64,000 nt of DNA from Actinomycetes bacterium. Lineage in GTDB: Bacteria; Actinomycetota; Acidimicrobiia; Acidimicrobiales; Acidimicrobiaceae. The notes beneath the pieces were generated by a model. It saw nothing but the letters and a program-made list of their open reading frames with translations. It was not told the DNA's origin and ran no database searches. This document shows, in pieces, positions 1 through 9,763 of the stretch. The DNA is taken from positions 48,270 through 112,269 of the forward strand of contig JAJZLS010000060.1 of assembly GCA_021803345.1 (NCBI GenBank), written 5' to 3'. Both the position numbers and the translations under genes were made by a program. The first letter of the stretch is position 1. Every line of letters begins with the position of its first letter.

Positions 1-53
1 AGCTGCACGTGTCAATTTGTTAACTCCAAAACTGATTAATAATTGTCCCCAGG

Positions 54-1100
54 TTATGGAACATATTTATTGGTAAATTCACTGTCCACTTTTTGGGCCT
101 GAGACGCGGAAAGCTCCCCATTCTGTACGAATATCTGCGCCACGTTCTTCCAGGCTGTGGCAGTTGTGGCGGCATTATGGGCAAAGTGATACCTGGGAAT
201 GGAATAGGCAAGGATACTGGGTGAAATGGCAGGATAGAGTTTGTCGATATCCGCCAAAGCCTGCTTGGGATGGTCAGCAATGAAGTTGTTGGTTTCAGCG
301 AAAGCAGTGGCAACCTCTTTAGTTATGGTTGGGTGCTGCTGGGCATATTTCTTCGGAACAATCACAGCCCCAAAGGCCGCGTCTTTGAGAACCGGAAATT
401 CAGAGGCTTTTATAGCCAAGATTCCGACACCTTGTTCGGTGGCAAGGCGGGAAAAGGAAGGATCAAAGATAGTGGCTTGGATAGAATTTGCTTTCAGGGC
501 AGTGAGATTAGCGGCTGGTGCACCCACTGCCACTTCGTGATAGTCAGTTACCGGCTTAAGCCCCACTGTCCCCATCATTAACCGGACGGCAAGATCGGTG
601 ATTGAGCCGGGCGCAGTTATGCCAATCTTTGCACCCTTAAGTGCTAACAGCCGTTTGCTGAGGCTTTCTGTAGGAGTGATTCCCTTTTCCTGGGCGTATG
701 TTTTATTGACCTCTATGTCAAGGTTTATAGAATTTGTTAGGGCTGCGATTGATATAAGGTCAAGTCCTTTACTGTCGGCAAGGAGTGCATCGCTAGCTAC
801 ACCGGCATCGAACTGGGCACTTCCTCCAACCATCGCTTCGGCGGCTGTCGATCCAGCTTGCAAGGGAACAATCTTTACCGAAAGGCCATTCTTTTTAAAA
901 AATCCGGCAGATTTAGCTAGCGTTACCGGCGCATAGGCCGGTGCAGAAACGGCTTCTACCATGGTGATATGGGTGAGGCTCTTGGTGCTTTTGGTTGCGG
1001 AAGTTGCGGTGGTTTTGCTTGCCGAAGCTGCGCCGGACCCACACCCAGCCATAACCACGCCTGCAACTAACAAGGCAAGCGTCTTGCTTTTTAGATACAT
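54..1100 (-). CDS. ABC transporter substrate-binding lipoprotein (NMT1/SsuA-like, nitrate/sulfonate/taurine type)
   Basis: ORF 54..1151 trimmed to the ATG at 1100, which is directly preceded by GGGGGGAAGGAA. It has a lipoprotein signal with lipobox (LALLVAGVVMAGCGSG). Length and sequence are typical of a periplasmic binding protein. Confidence 0.8.
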   Translation of the reverse strand: MYLKSKTLALLVAGVVMAGCGSGAASASKTTATSATKSTKSLTHITMVEAVSAPAYAPVTLAKSAGFFKKNGLSVKIVPLQAGSTAAEAMVGGSAQFDAGVASDALLADSKGLDLISIAALTNSINLDIEVNKTYAQEKGITPTESLSKRLLALKGAKIGITAPGSITDLAVRLMMGTVGLKPVTDYHEVAVGAPAANLTALKANSIQATIFDPSFSRLATEQGVGILAIKASEFPVLKDAAFGAVIVPKKYAQQHPTITKEVATAFAETNNFIADHPKQALADIDKLYPAISPSILAYSIPRYHFAHNAATTATAWKNVAQIFVQNGELSASQAQKVDSEFTNKYVP

Positions 1101-1274
1101 TTCCTTCCCCCCAGTCGAAATGCAATTGCTTACGATCGAGGCCGATTGCAAGCTGGCCGACTATAGCATTGCCTCCTGATAATGTCAACCCGTCAAGCTT
1201 TGTAGCTTTTGTTTCTGCTCGCCTACACAAAACTTTCGGATTGCGCTGACGAGTTGCTGCTCGATTTAAACAGT

Positions 1275-2261
1275 TTACCGGTGAATCAAATGACTTCCAT
1301 TTCGTCCAAGAATTCCTTCTATGACGTCTGCACCAAGGTCAGATTGCTTTATCTCTCGCACAAACCTTTCCATTGTGGCAGCGTCACGAATTTCTTGGGG
1401 ATAGTCGGTGCCGAATACGATCCGGCTTGATGGTATTTCAGTGAGTGCAGCTTTTATTGCTTTGATGCTCCCAAATAGTCCTCCAGTGTCAAAAAACAGA
1501 TTGTTAGCAATGTAATTGTCAAAACTTTCTTTGGCAGTGATGGCATGAGGTGATTCCGGGGGGAGACCCATGTGAGCTTTATCTTGATAGCCTCGGATAC
1601 GGGCTATGATAGCTCCGATTGCACCTCCAAGATGGGACATGACTACCTCTAAGCTCTGAAACTTATCGAATATACCCCCGGCTATGAGACGATAGGTAGC
1701 TAAAACCAGCTCATGTTCGCGTCCTACGCAACGGTATAGGTCGTACTTGTCGTAATACTGGCTAATGCCTTCCGGCACGCTAAGGGCAGGGTGGACAAAG
1801 ATGAACATCCCAGCCTTCTCGATCTCTTCATAAACCGGCAAGAGTACTTCGCTGTCAAGATTGTAGGTGCCGAAACTGCTGGGAAAGGCTACCCCGGGGA
1901 AACCGTATTCCTGCGAGCATTTTTTTAGTTCCTCCTGCCAAGTGCTGCTTTTTGGATCCAGGTGCGCCAGCGGTGTAAAGCGGGTCGGATGCTCCTGGTG
2001 TACTTTATGGGCGGCGGCATTTATGAGTTGACAGTTTTCGGCAGATCCTCCCATCCCTGCTCCACTCGAGAGAACCGCTACGTCAATCCCAGCTTCGTCC
2101 ATGCACTCCAAGTGACGCTCAAATAAGAATAATGAGTCGTGATAGGTATAGGCTGGCAATCCATTTTGGATAAGGATATCAATTTTCCCATCAGGCTTAA
2201 GGTGGGGTCGCACCAGCTCTTCAGGGGTGAAGTGAATATGGAAATCAATAACTTCAGTCAC
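1275..2261 (-). CDS. Amidohydrolase-2 family metal-dependent hydrolase/decarboxylase (ACMSD-like)
   Basis: 328-aa ORF with a GTG start. It has the N-terminal IDFHIHF metal-ligand motif and a C-terminal FGTDYP motif, both typical of the PF04909-type family. Confidence 0.8.
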   Translation of the reverse strand: MTEVIDFHIHFTPEELVRPHLKPDGKIDILIQNGLPAYTYHDSLFLFERHLECMDEAGIDVAVLSSGAGMGGSAENCQLINAAAHKVHQEHPTRFTPLAHLDPKSSTWQEELKKCSQEYGFPGVAFPSSFGTYNLDSEVLLPVYEEIEKAGMFIFVHPALSVPEGISQYYDKYDLYRCVGREHELVLATYRLIAGGIFDKFQSLEVVMSHLGGAIGAIIARIRGYQDKAHMGLPPESPHAITAKESFDNYIANNLFFDTGGLFGSIKAIKAALTEIPSSRIVFGTDYPQEIRDAATMERFVREIKQSDLGADVIEGILGRNGSHLIHR

Positions 2262-2486
2262 GCTGATACCTGTCTTTTAAATATTTTTGTCGGTACTGCG
2301 AAATTAGCACAAATGAATAGAGCTCTGAAGTGGAATTTAAACATTGGAGACGTATTCGAATCATAAATTAATTTTGGGCCGGCAAAGGGTCCTTGGCTCA
2401 AACTTGGTAGTCAGATAGCTAAGGCAGGCGAGTCAAAGTCTGGCTAAATATGGGTATCTATAGCTCCTAATTCAGGATTGGCAGAT

Positions 2487-2945
2487 TTAGTTCTTTGAAT
2501 TTGAAGCGGTTCTGGGACTTGGTTGCTCGAGGATTTTTGCTAGGCACAATCCTATCTGTTTATATGCAACTGGACCTAATATCGAGGCAAGTCTATGATT
2601 TTGCTCTTTGGCAAGTTTGAAGATCTTTTGGGCCAGTGATTTGCCTTCTGCGGTAACAGCATATGAGAATTTCCTTGAATCGCTGGGGTTTAGTTTCATT
2701 TCTAGAAATTTTTTGTCGACGAGGTCCTGTAATACTCGTCTAACGGCCATTACGTCTATTTCCAGTGCTCTCGAAGCGTCACGTTGCGAAATGTGAGGCG
2801 ATTCGTTTACCAGCGAAAGAATTGCAGCCTGTGCAGTGGTTATATTTAGTTCGCTCAGTTGGCCTTGCCATTCCTTCCTCAACTGGCGGTGCACTTTACC
2901 AATGATGAATCCCAGGTTGTCTTCGAAAAAGGAATTTTGATCCAT
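2487..2945 (-). CDS. MarR-family transcriptional regulator
   Basis: 152 aa with a winged-HTH core (LNITTAQAAILSLV...ISQRDASRALEIDVMAVRRVLQDLVDKKFL). The size is typical of MarR. Confidence 0.85.
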   Translation of the reverse strand: MDQNSFFEDNLGFIIGKVHRQLRKEWQGQLSELNITTAQAAILSLVNESPHISQRDASRALEIDVMAVRRVLQDLVDKKFLEMKLNPSDSRKFSYAVTAEGKSLAQKIFKLAKEQNHRLASILGPVAYKQIGLCLAKILEQPSPRTASNSKN

Positions 2946-3059
2946 TGAAACCTCAAAACTTCAAGCGAAACTTATTTCTTATTTACACACTATTCAACCC
3001 AGCTGGGTAGTCAAAGCTTCAAAACTTTTGCTGCTCCGGCATTTGGATAGGTGACTCTG

Positions 3060-3725
3060 TCATTTGTGGACCCTGGACATCGATTCGCGCACCATTTCAA
3101 GAGCCCCCTCGGGAAAATTGACCGCTCCACCGATATTTGAGGCTGCCAGCTCTGCTTCGGCTGCCTCTTCCAGAGCTGAAATTAGTCCTGCCGTAGCTAT
3201 GGGAGATGAGGCAAAAGCCAGCAGCCCATGATTGGCAAGTATCAGCGATAAAGTGTGGGGATTCTCCCTGACCACATGTTGTATGGCTTCAATAGATTGC
3301 TTCGAACCCCGTGGACCCCATTTGGCGACTGGGACATCGGCCGCCTGTCCGAATCTTAGCAGAGCCTCGTAACGGCAGGGCAGAGGCTTGTTTGCAAGTG
3401 CAAACGCCAATATATTTGGCGAGTGCGTATGAATGACTGCCCCGGCATCGTGCCTTAGCCGATAGATTATTGAGTGCATCTCCAAAATTTCCAAATTCGT
3501 TGGATCGAGTTTCCCTTGCAGTATTTTTCCATCCAGGTCGACCACTGCAAAATCATTTTTGGAAAGGTTGCGGACCATTCCGGTAGTGGTAATCAGAAAA
3601 GTGCTTTCATCCAATCTGGCGCTAAGGTTGGCATGGCCGGAATGTGACATCACCCCGGCAGTAAATAGCTGGTTCACGGAGGTTAGAATTTCATCAGCCT
3701 TGCTATCAATCTCTGCGGTAATCAT
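3060..3725 (-). CDS. Class II aldolase/adducin-domain protein
   Basis: 221 aa with the motifs HSGHANLSARL and VIHTHSP, typical of class II aldolase/epimerase. AAGGAG lies 6 nt upstream of the ATG. Confidence 0.85.
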   Translation of the reverse strand: MITAEIDSKADEILTSVNQLFTAGVMSHSGHANLSARLDESTFLITTTGMVRNLSKNDFAVVDLDGKILQGKLDPTNLEILEMHSIIYRLRHDAGAVIHTHSPNILAFALANKPLPCRYEALLRFGQAADVPVAKWGPRGSKQSIEAIQHVVRENPHTLSLILANHGLLAFASSPIATAGLISALEEAAEAELAASNIGGAVNFPEGALEMVRESMSRVHK

Positions 3726-3755
3726 TTTTACTCCTTAGGGATTTTATTTAATTAT

Positions 3756-3795
3756 TGTAGTTATGTCTATATAAGTTACTGTAGTAGTGTCTATA
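3756..3795. promoter_or_regulatory. Two 16-bp direct repeats (TGTAGTTATGTCTATA / TGTAGTAGTGTCTATA) in a divergent promoter region
   Basis: Read directly. The copies are at 3756-3771 and 3780-3795 (14/16 identical, starts 24 bp apart). They lie between the aldolase (-) and aminotransferase (+) starts. Operator function is an inference. Confidence 0.35.
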
Positions 3796-3849
3796 AACTC
3801 TTGGCTTTTAGTGTTTAATTTTCTATAGTGGAATAGCGATGGTTCGAAA

Positions 3850-4692
3850 TTGGAGAGCTTTGTGGAACTGGTGTGGGTAAACGGCGCATTGGTTGAAAGG
3901 CCGGAAGCGAAGATCTCGGTTTTTGATCATGGTTTGGTGACTGGAGATGGAGTATTTGAGACCCTTGGTGTTTATCAAGGAGTCCCGCTCGCTTTAGGCA
4001 GACATCTGGCCAGATTGGAAAAGTCCGCCAATGGTATCGGACTTACCGGTTTAGATTTAGATTCCATCTCGTCAGCTGTGATAAATCTGATTGAATCAAA
4101 TTCAGTTGCCGATGGAAAAGTTAGGATCACGGTGACCGGGGGTGAATCGGTGCTTGGTTCGGACCGAGTGGGATCCCAGCTGTCGGTGATAATAGCAACT
4201 GGTCCCAGAATTCCGTTGTCCACGCCGGCAAAAATACAGGTGTCACAGTGGCCTCGAAATGAAAGAAGCATTCTGGCCGGACTTAAAACTATTTCCTATG
4301 CAGAAAATGTCGCTGCTTTGGCCTGGGCCCAAGCCAAAGCAGCGGATGAGGTAATCTTTGGAAATACTATCGGTAACCTCTGCGAGGGATCTGGAAGTAA
4401 TATATTCATAGTGGTAGACGGAACCGTTTATACCCCGCCTCTTTCCTCAGGCGCTTTGGGTGGTATTACCAGGGACTTGATAGTTGAAAATATGGAGATT
4501 GAAGAGCGGGATTTTCCGCTTGAGGTTCTCTATAGCTCGGATCTTGAGGAGTGCTTTTTGACCTCAAGTATCAGAGAAGTCCAAAGCATCTCGCATATTG
4601 ACTCGGTCAAACTTAGCGATCAACCTGGGCCGATTACGGAACAGATAGCAGCAGGTTTCATTAACATGATTGCTAAGGAGCTCAAGAAGTAA
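3850..4692 (+). CDS. Class IV aminotransferase / aminodeoxychorismate lyase family protein
   Basis: 280 aa. The N-terminus (VWVNGALV...VFDHGLVTGDGVFET) and overall pattern match fold-type IV PLP enzymes. It has a TTG start, and the exact start is uncertain. Confidence 0.8.
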   Translation: MESFVELVWVNGALVERPEAKISVFDHGLVTGDGVFETLGVYQGVPLALGRHLARLEKSANGIGLTGLDLDSISSAVINLIESNSVADGKVRITVTGGESVLGSDRVGSQLSVIIATGPRIPLSTPAKIQVSQWPRNERSILAGLKTISYAENVAALAWAQAKAADEVIFGNTIGNLCEGSGSNIFIVVDGTVYTPPLSSGALGGITRDLIVENMEIEERDFPLEVLYSSDLEECFLTSSIREVQSISHIDSVKLSDQPGPITEQIAAGFINMIAKELKK

Positions 4693-4755
4693 AAAGTAAT
4701 TTCACTTCTATAGGGTTATTGGCGGCTTGTCACGATAGGTCAATCGGAGGTAGGC

Positions 4756-5754
4756 ATGGAGAGATTGCACATTCCCGAACAGGATTTTGTTTTGGCCCGG
4801 GCGGTTTCGTTGAAGGGATTTGGTGGAAGGCGCGCAGGAGAGCTGGCACTAATTGGAAAGCAGGGCAGAATCTCTGGATCTTTGTTTGGCGGAGTGGCCG
4901 ATCGTCGTATAAGCGAGACCGCAGTCGAAATGTTGGATCAGGGGCATCAGTTTGATCTGCTGACGGTTCAAATTGGCGATGCCGATGCAGTAAATGCTGG
5001 GCTGGCCTGCGGGGGGGAAGCGGAGGTATTGCTTCATCACCGAAGTGGTTTGCCCAAAGGATTTCTGGAAAAAGTTTCCACCAGAGAACCAACTGCGTTG
5101 GCAACTGTGGTGGCTGGCCCTAAGAAGGGTTTGATGGTCAGCTTGGATCGGGACTTGTCAGCACTTAGTGATGCGTCTGTAAGTGATTCTGACTTAGGGC
5201 AGGTGATCCAGCAGAGACTTATTCAGCAGCTTTCACGACGTCTTACCACTTTGTATATGGAGCAATTTGACGAGAACTTGGTGGCGATCGAGGTATATAG
5301 CCCACCCACCGCTCTGGTGATAGTGGGGCAAAGTTCGCTTGCGTCTGCAATTTCGAGACAGGGAGAGATGTTGGGCTGGAGTTCTGTTATAGTTGAGCAG
5401 CTGGTTGAAGGTATGTACGAGGTGAAAAATATCGGAGCCAACGATGCGCTTATAGTGTTGTCGCACGATCACTCAATTGGAGTTCCGTTAATGGAGGCCG
5501 CGCTCAGAGAACATCCAAACTCGTATGTTGGTGGATTGGGATCTCGCCACACTCAAGAGGAAAGGCGTGAGCTTCTCCGTAAAAGGGGGCTGTCCGAAGC
5601 CGAACTGGAGTCTATACATGGGCCTATTGGTCTTGACCTGGGTTCTAAGACCCCTGAAGAGACAGCGATGGCGATATGTGCCGAGATTCTTGCCTTCCTT
5701 TCGAACAGGTCGGCCAAATCTCTAAAAGATTCCAACGGTCCGATCAATGGTTGA
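4756..5754 (+). CDS. XdhC/CoxI-family accessory (molybdenum cofactor insertion) protein
   Basis: 332 aa. It has an N-terminal XdhC_CoxI-like region and a C-terminal Rossmann-like region (LVIVGQSSLASAI...). GGAGG lies upstream of the ATG. Confidence 0.75.
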   Translation: MERLHIPEQDFVLARAVSLKGFGGRRAGELALIGKQGRISGSLFGGVADRRISETAVEMLDQGHQFDLLTVQIGDADAVNAGLACGGEAEVLLHHRSGLPKGFLEKVSTREPTALATVVAGPKKGLMVSLDRDLSALSDASVSDSDLGQVIQQRLIQQLSRRLTTLYMEQFDENLVAIEVYSPPTALVIVGQSSLASAISRQGEMLGWSSVIVEQLVEGMYEVKNIGANDALIVLSHDHSIGVPLMEAALREHPNSYVGGLGSRHTQEERRELLRKRGLSEAELESIHGPIGLDLGSKTPEETAMAICAEILAFLSNRSAKSLKDSNGPING

Positions 5755-5770
5755 TCTGAATTTGCATATT

Positions 5771-5787
5771 CAGCAGGCCTACTGCTG
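5771..5787 (+). terminator. Weak hairpin downstream of the XdhC-like gene
   Basis: CAGCAG-gccta-CTGCTG, followed by ccaatttgtt. The stem is short and the T-tract is poor. Confidence 0.2.
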
Positions 5788-6068
5788 CCAATTTGTTGGG
5801 TTAGAGTGGATTGGCGGTATTTGAAGCCGCATCTTATGTCGCTGCCTTTAGCACTCGAGGCGAATCAGTGATTTTATATCTTGACCAAAAGTGGCTGATG
5901 TGTATTTCGGAATCCTATCCATTAGCGTAGGTGTTTACGGTAGAAGTTAAAATGGTTCAATTACCACAATCTCTAATACGACTGTTTGCTTCACCAGGTT
6001 TGCTAGTGGCTCCGGATGCAAGGGTTCACTAGGTATCAAAATGTCCTCATATGAAAGTTGGAGTACCG

Positions 6069-8081
6069 ATGACTGCAGATTTAGCTGTGCCGTCCAGTGA
6101 CATAGATGGCCGTTGTATTACCGCAATCCGGATGCTTAGCGTCGATCAGGTAGAAACAGCAAAATCTGGTCACGAAGGCCTTCCTTTAGGGGCCGCGCCT
6201 ATGGCCTGGACTGTCTGGAGCCGATTCTTGAGATTCGATCCCAAGGATGCCACCTGGATAAATCGGGACCGTTTTATTCTTTCAGCTGGTCATGGCTCTG
6301 CGCTTCTATATTCGTTGCTTCACTTGTTTGGTTATGATCTTGAACTCAGTGACTTGGAAAATTTCCGCCAATGGGGATCAAGGACTCCAGGTCATCCTGA
6401 GTATGGACATACCCCAGGAGTCGAGACTACCACCGGCCCACTTGGCCAGGGAGTTTCAAACGCTACAGGCATGGCTCTTGCTGAGGCGATGCTCGGTGCA
6501 AGGTTCAACTCGGAACGCGAAAATATTATCGATCACAGAACCTTTGTGATCGCGTCTGATGGAGATTTGATGGAAGGGGTGTCAAATGAGTCTGCATCTC
6601 TAGCCGGACATCTGGCGCTCGGAAAGCTGGTGGTATTGTATGATCACAATTCCATTTCCATTGACGGCCCCACCTCTCTTGCGTTTACCGAAGATGTATT
6701 AGGTCGCTATGCCGCTCTGGGGTGGTCAACTTTTACTGTCAGTGATGGCAACGATATAGATCAGATATCAAATGCGATTCAAAGTGCGCTGGATGACTCT
6801 GAGCACCCCAGCATTATTTCGGTAAAGACAATCATTGGTTTTGGTGCACCGGATAAACAGGGTACTGAAGCCGCCCATGGCGGCCCATATGGTACCGAGG
6901 AAATCGAAAAGACCAAGGAAAGATACGGTTGGCCCAACAAGCCGTTCTTTATTCCGGATGACGTGACCTCTCACCTCAAGTCGTTAATTGAGTCCAAGAC
7001 AGCCGAGGTGGAAAAGGAGCGCAAGCATCTGGAACAGGTTCTTAAGCAAAATCCAGCCATAAAAGAGCAGTTGGACAGTGCCTTTGCTTTAAAGGTTCCG
7101 TCAAATATAGATGAGGTATTGCCTGATTTTGAGATTGGAACTCAATTGGCAACTCGTGCGGCTTCGGGAAAAATTCTCAAAGCCCTGTCCGGTTCCCTGC
7201 CTTATCTGGTAGGGGGCTCAGCGGATTTGGTGGAGTCGACCTCTCTTGAATTTACAGACAAGATCGTTGCTCCGGGAAACTATTCCGGCTCATTGATCCA
7301 CTTCGGTGTCAGGGAGCATGGAATGGCGGCAGCTCTAAATGGGCTTCAACTCCACGGAGGCTTCAGAGTATTTGGGTCAACATTTCTGATATTTTCTGAC
7401 TATCTCCGGCCCTCTCTGCGTTTAGCTGCACTGATGGGTGCGCCGGTTATCTATATTTTCACCCATGATTCGGTTGGTCTTGGACAGGATGGACCAACTC
7501 ATCAGCCGATAGAGCAGGTCGAATCCCTGCGCATGGTACCCAATCTGGCCACTCTGCGTCCTGCTGATGCAAACGAAGTTTTAGAGGCATGGATGGTTGC
7601 ACTCCATAGGAAGTCCGGACCGACCTTGATGGCTCTAAGTCGCCAGGCGCTGCCAGTGATTGAGCCTGGGCCAAAAGGATGGATGAATGAGACTGGTGCT
7701 AGAGTGGTGCTGGCCGAAGAGCGTCCTCTTGAGGTGGTGATAATTGCTTCAGGTTCCGAGGTTTCTTTGGCGCTCAGTGCGGCAGAAGAATTGAAAGCAA
7801 AACACAATGTTTCGACTCGGGTGGTATCAGTTCCGTGGAGGGAACGATTGCTGGAGCAAGATCCAAAGGTTATCGAAGAATTGATACCGTCGGGTGCTCT
7901 CAAGGTATCAATAGAGGCTGGGGTAACCCATGGATGGCAATCGTTGGTTGGACCGGATGGCATTACGATTGGTATCAATAGATTTGGCGCATCGGCACCT
8001 GGTTCGAAGGTGATGGAGGAACTCGGACTCTCTACTGACTCTGTGGTGGCCAGGGTGCAACAGGCCCTGAAGCAAAGATAG
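6069..8081 (+). CDS. tkt: Transketolase
   Basis: ORF 6051..8081. The ATG at 6069 has GGAG 6 nt upstream. The sequence shows the TPP-binding motif region (SAGHGSALLYSLLHL, GPLGQG, ASDGDLMEG) and the pyrimidine-binding and C-terminal domains. Confidence 0.95.
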   Translation: MTADLAVPSSDIDGRCITAIRMLSVDQVETAKSGHEGLPLGAAPMAWTVWSRFLRFDPKDATWINRDRFILSAGHGSALLYSLLHLFGYDLELSDLENFRQWGSRTPGHPEYGHTPGVETTTGPLGQGVSNATGMALAEAMLGARFNSERENIIDHRTFVIASDGDLMEGVSNESASLAGHLALGKLVVLYDHNSISIDGPTSLAFTEDVLGRYAALGWSTFTVSDGNDIDQISNAIQSALDDSEHPSIISVKTIIGFGAPDKQGTEAAHGGPYGTEEIEKTKERYGWPNKPFFIPDDVTSHLKSLIESKTAEVEKERKHLEQVLKQNPAIKEQLDSAFALKVPSNIDEVLPDFEIGTQLATRAASGKILKALSGSLPYLVGGSADLVESTSLEFTDKIVAPGNYSGSLIHFGVREHGMAAALNGLQLHGGFRVFGSTFLIFSDYLRPSLRLAALMGAPVIYIFTHDSVGLGQDGPTHQPIEQVESLRMVPNLATLRPADANEVLEAWMVALHRKSGPTLMALSRQALPVIEPGPKGWMNETGARVVLAEERPLEVVIIASGSEVSLALSAAEELKAKHNVSTRVVSVPWRERLLEQDPKVIEELIPSGALKVSIEAGVTHGWQSLVGPDGITIGINRFGASAPGSKVMEELGLSTDSVVARVQQALKQR

Positions 8082-8127
8082 CTACCATTTTTATAGTCTT
8101 GGGCTGGGCGATTGGATAAATGGTCTA

Positions 8128-9714
8128 ATGGCAGATATCGTCGAAGTTTCAAATTGGCAGGTGCACCTGGAACCGGGTCAGCAATTTGATCCCAGTGAGC
8201 TGCTGGCTGATGGATCACTGGCCAGATCATGGGTAAAGTCATTAAGTTCGAATTCAGATCGGGAGCTTTTTTGCGATGGCGAAGGTGAGTGGATTTCCAG
8301 AGGTGAGTTTCTCAAGCTCACTGAAAATGCCGCGTTTAGTCTGTATTCAAGAGGACTCCGTGCAGGTGACAGGGTAATTCTGTCGGCCAATCCATCTGTA
8401 AATATGGTGGCATACTATGTAGCGGCTCTCAGGCTGTCACTTGCAGTTGTCCCAGTGAATACATCCTTTACCGAAGCAGAGTTTGGCTATATCGTGAATA
8501 GCGTCCTCCCCTCGGCTGCAATTATCGATTCCGAGAAGCGGGCTTCCTGGGTAGAGATGGCCTGGTCGGAGATCGAGGCGGGTTCTGGCTTTGTCGGACC
8601 CGGCAGCAATCTGCCGCCGCCGACCTCCGGGCTGGCAATATTCGATCCCAGAGATCGGATCATGAACTCAGGTGAAAGCGAAGAAATTGAGCTCGACGCC
8701 AGTTCCACAGAAACGGTAGCACTAATTGCATTTACCTCCGGTACGACGGGGAGGCCGAAAGGCGCCATATTGACGCATGGAAATTTACTGGCGTGCGCTA
8801 AAAGCCTCAATCTTGCTTGGAGATGGACCAGCGAAGACAGGTTGATTCTTGGACTTCCTTTATTTCATATTCATGGACTGGGTGTTGGGATAAACGGTAC
8901 TTTGTGTGCCGGTTCATCAGCCATCCTGTTACCAAAGTTCGAACCTGCTTTAGTGGACAAATCAATTGAAGGTCTTAGTCCGAGTATGTTCTTTGGGGTG
9001 CCAACAATGTACCAGAAATTGCTGGATGCTAACGTGGCAGCCAAGCTAGCGCGACTTCGGCTGGTAGTTTCAGGCTCTGCTCCGATGTCCCGTGAGCTTC
9101 ACAGGGCGATTCGGCAGGTGTCTGGTGTGGAAGTGCTGGAGCGGTATGGAACGACCGAGACTTTGATAGATATTTCCAATCCCTATGATGGGCAGAGAAT
9201 CCCTGGAACAGTAGGGATGCCACTGCCTGGGGTTCGGGTTGCCATCTCGAATTCAACCAATGAGATATTCATCAAAGGCCCGACCGTATTTTCGGGATAT
9301 CTAGCAAATGCCAAAGCCACCAGAAACGTATTTCCCCTTGACGATGGTTGGTTTTCCACCGGGGATTTGGGTTCAGTCGATGACCATGGATACATCTCCA
9401 TTTTTGGAAGGTCAAAAGATTTGATCATATCTGGTGGCTTCAATGTCTATCCCCGCGAAGTCGAGGAGGCATTCGAATCCCATCCACTGGTAAGTGAAGT
9501 TGCGGTGGTGGGAAAGCCTTCTGAAATATGGGGTGAAGAGGTGACAGCATTTATAGTGGGCGATGAGGGGCTCAGTTCAGACGAGCTGATCGACTATGTG
9601 TCGAATACTTTGGCTAAATATAAGCAGCCAAAATCGATAATCTTTGTGAAGTCTCTTCCCCGAAATGCAATGGGTAAAGTGCTCTACAACTTACTAAGGG
9701 ATCAGTTGGAGTAG
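8128..9714 (+). CDS. AMP-dependent acyl-CoA synthetase/ligase
   Basis: 528 aa with the AMP-binding motif FTSGTTGRPKGA, the YGTTE motif and GWFSTGDLG. Confidence 0.9.
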   Translation: MADIVEVSNWQVHLEPGQQFDPSELLADGSLARSWVKSLSSNSDRELFCDGEGEWISRGEFLKLTENAAFSLYSRGLRAGDRVILSANPSVNMVAYYVAALRLSLAVVPVNTSFTEAEFGYIVNSVLPSAAIIDSEKRASWVEMAWSEIEAGSGFVGPGSNLPPPTSGLAIFDPRDRIMNSGESEEIELDASSTETVALIAFTSGTTGRPKGAILTHGNLLACAKSLNLAWRWTSEDRLILGLPLFHIHGLGVGINGTLCAGSSAILLPKFEPALVDKSIEGLSPSMFFGVPTMYQKLLDANVAAKLARLRLVVSGSAPMSRELHRAIRQVSGVEVLERYGTTETLIDISNPYDGQRIPGTVGMPLPGVRVAISNSTNEIFIKGPTVFSGYLANAKATRNVFPLDDGWFSTGDLGSVDDHGYISIFGRSKDLIISGGFNVYPREVEEAFESHPLVSEVAVVGKPSEIWGEEVTAFIVGDEGLSSDELIDYVSNTLAKYKQPKSIIFVKSLPRNAMGKVLYNLLRDQLE

Positions 9715-9763
9715 GTGACTGGCGGCAAACACTCTAGTTTGACTCGGCTGCCGTATTGACAGG

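Noticed and set aside
1-27. A possible start of a further minus-strand gene: GGAG at 27-24 and a TTG at 15-13, running off the left edge.
   Set aside because: Only five codons are visible, which is not enough to call a feature.
7502-8242. Long antisense ORFs: 7502..8242, 15219..15644, 17659..18183, 30593..31111, 32480..32965, 43709..44206, 44874..45338 and 58472..58999.
   Set aside because: Each lies opposite a gene with unmistakable family motifs. Their translations are low-complexity and Ser/Pro/Arg-rich with no recognisable motif. They are typical shadow ORFs.
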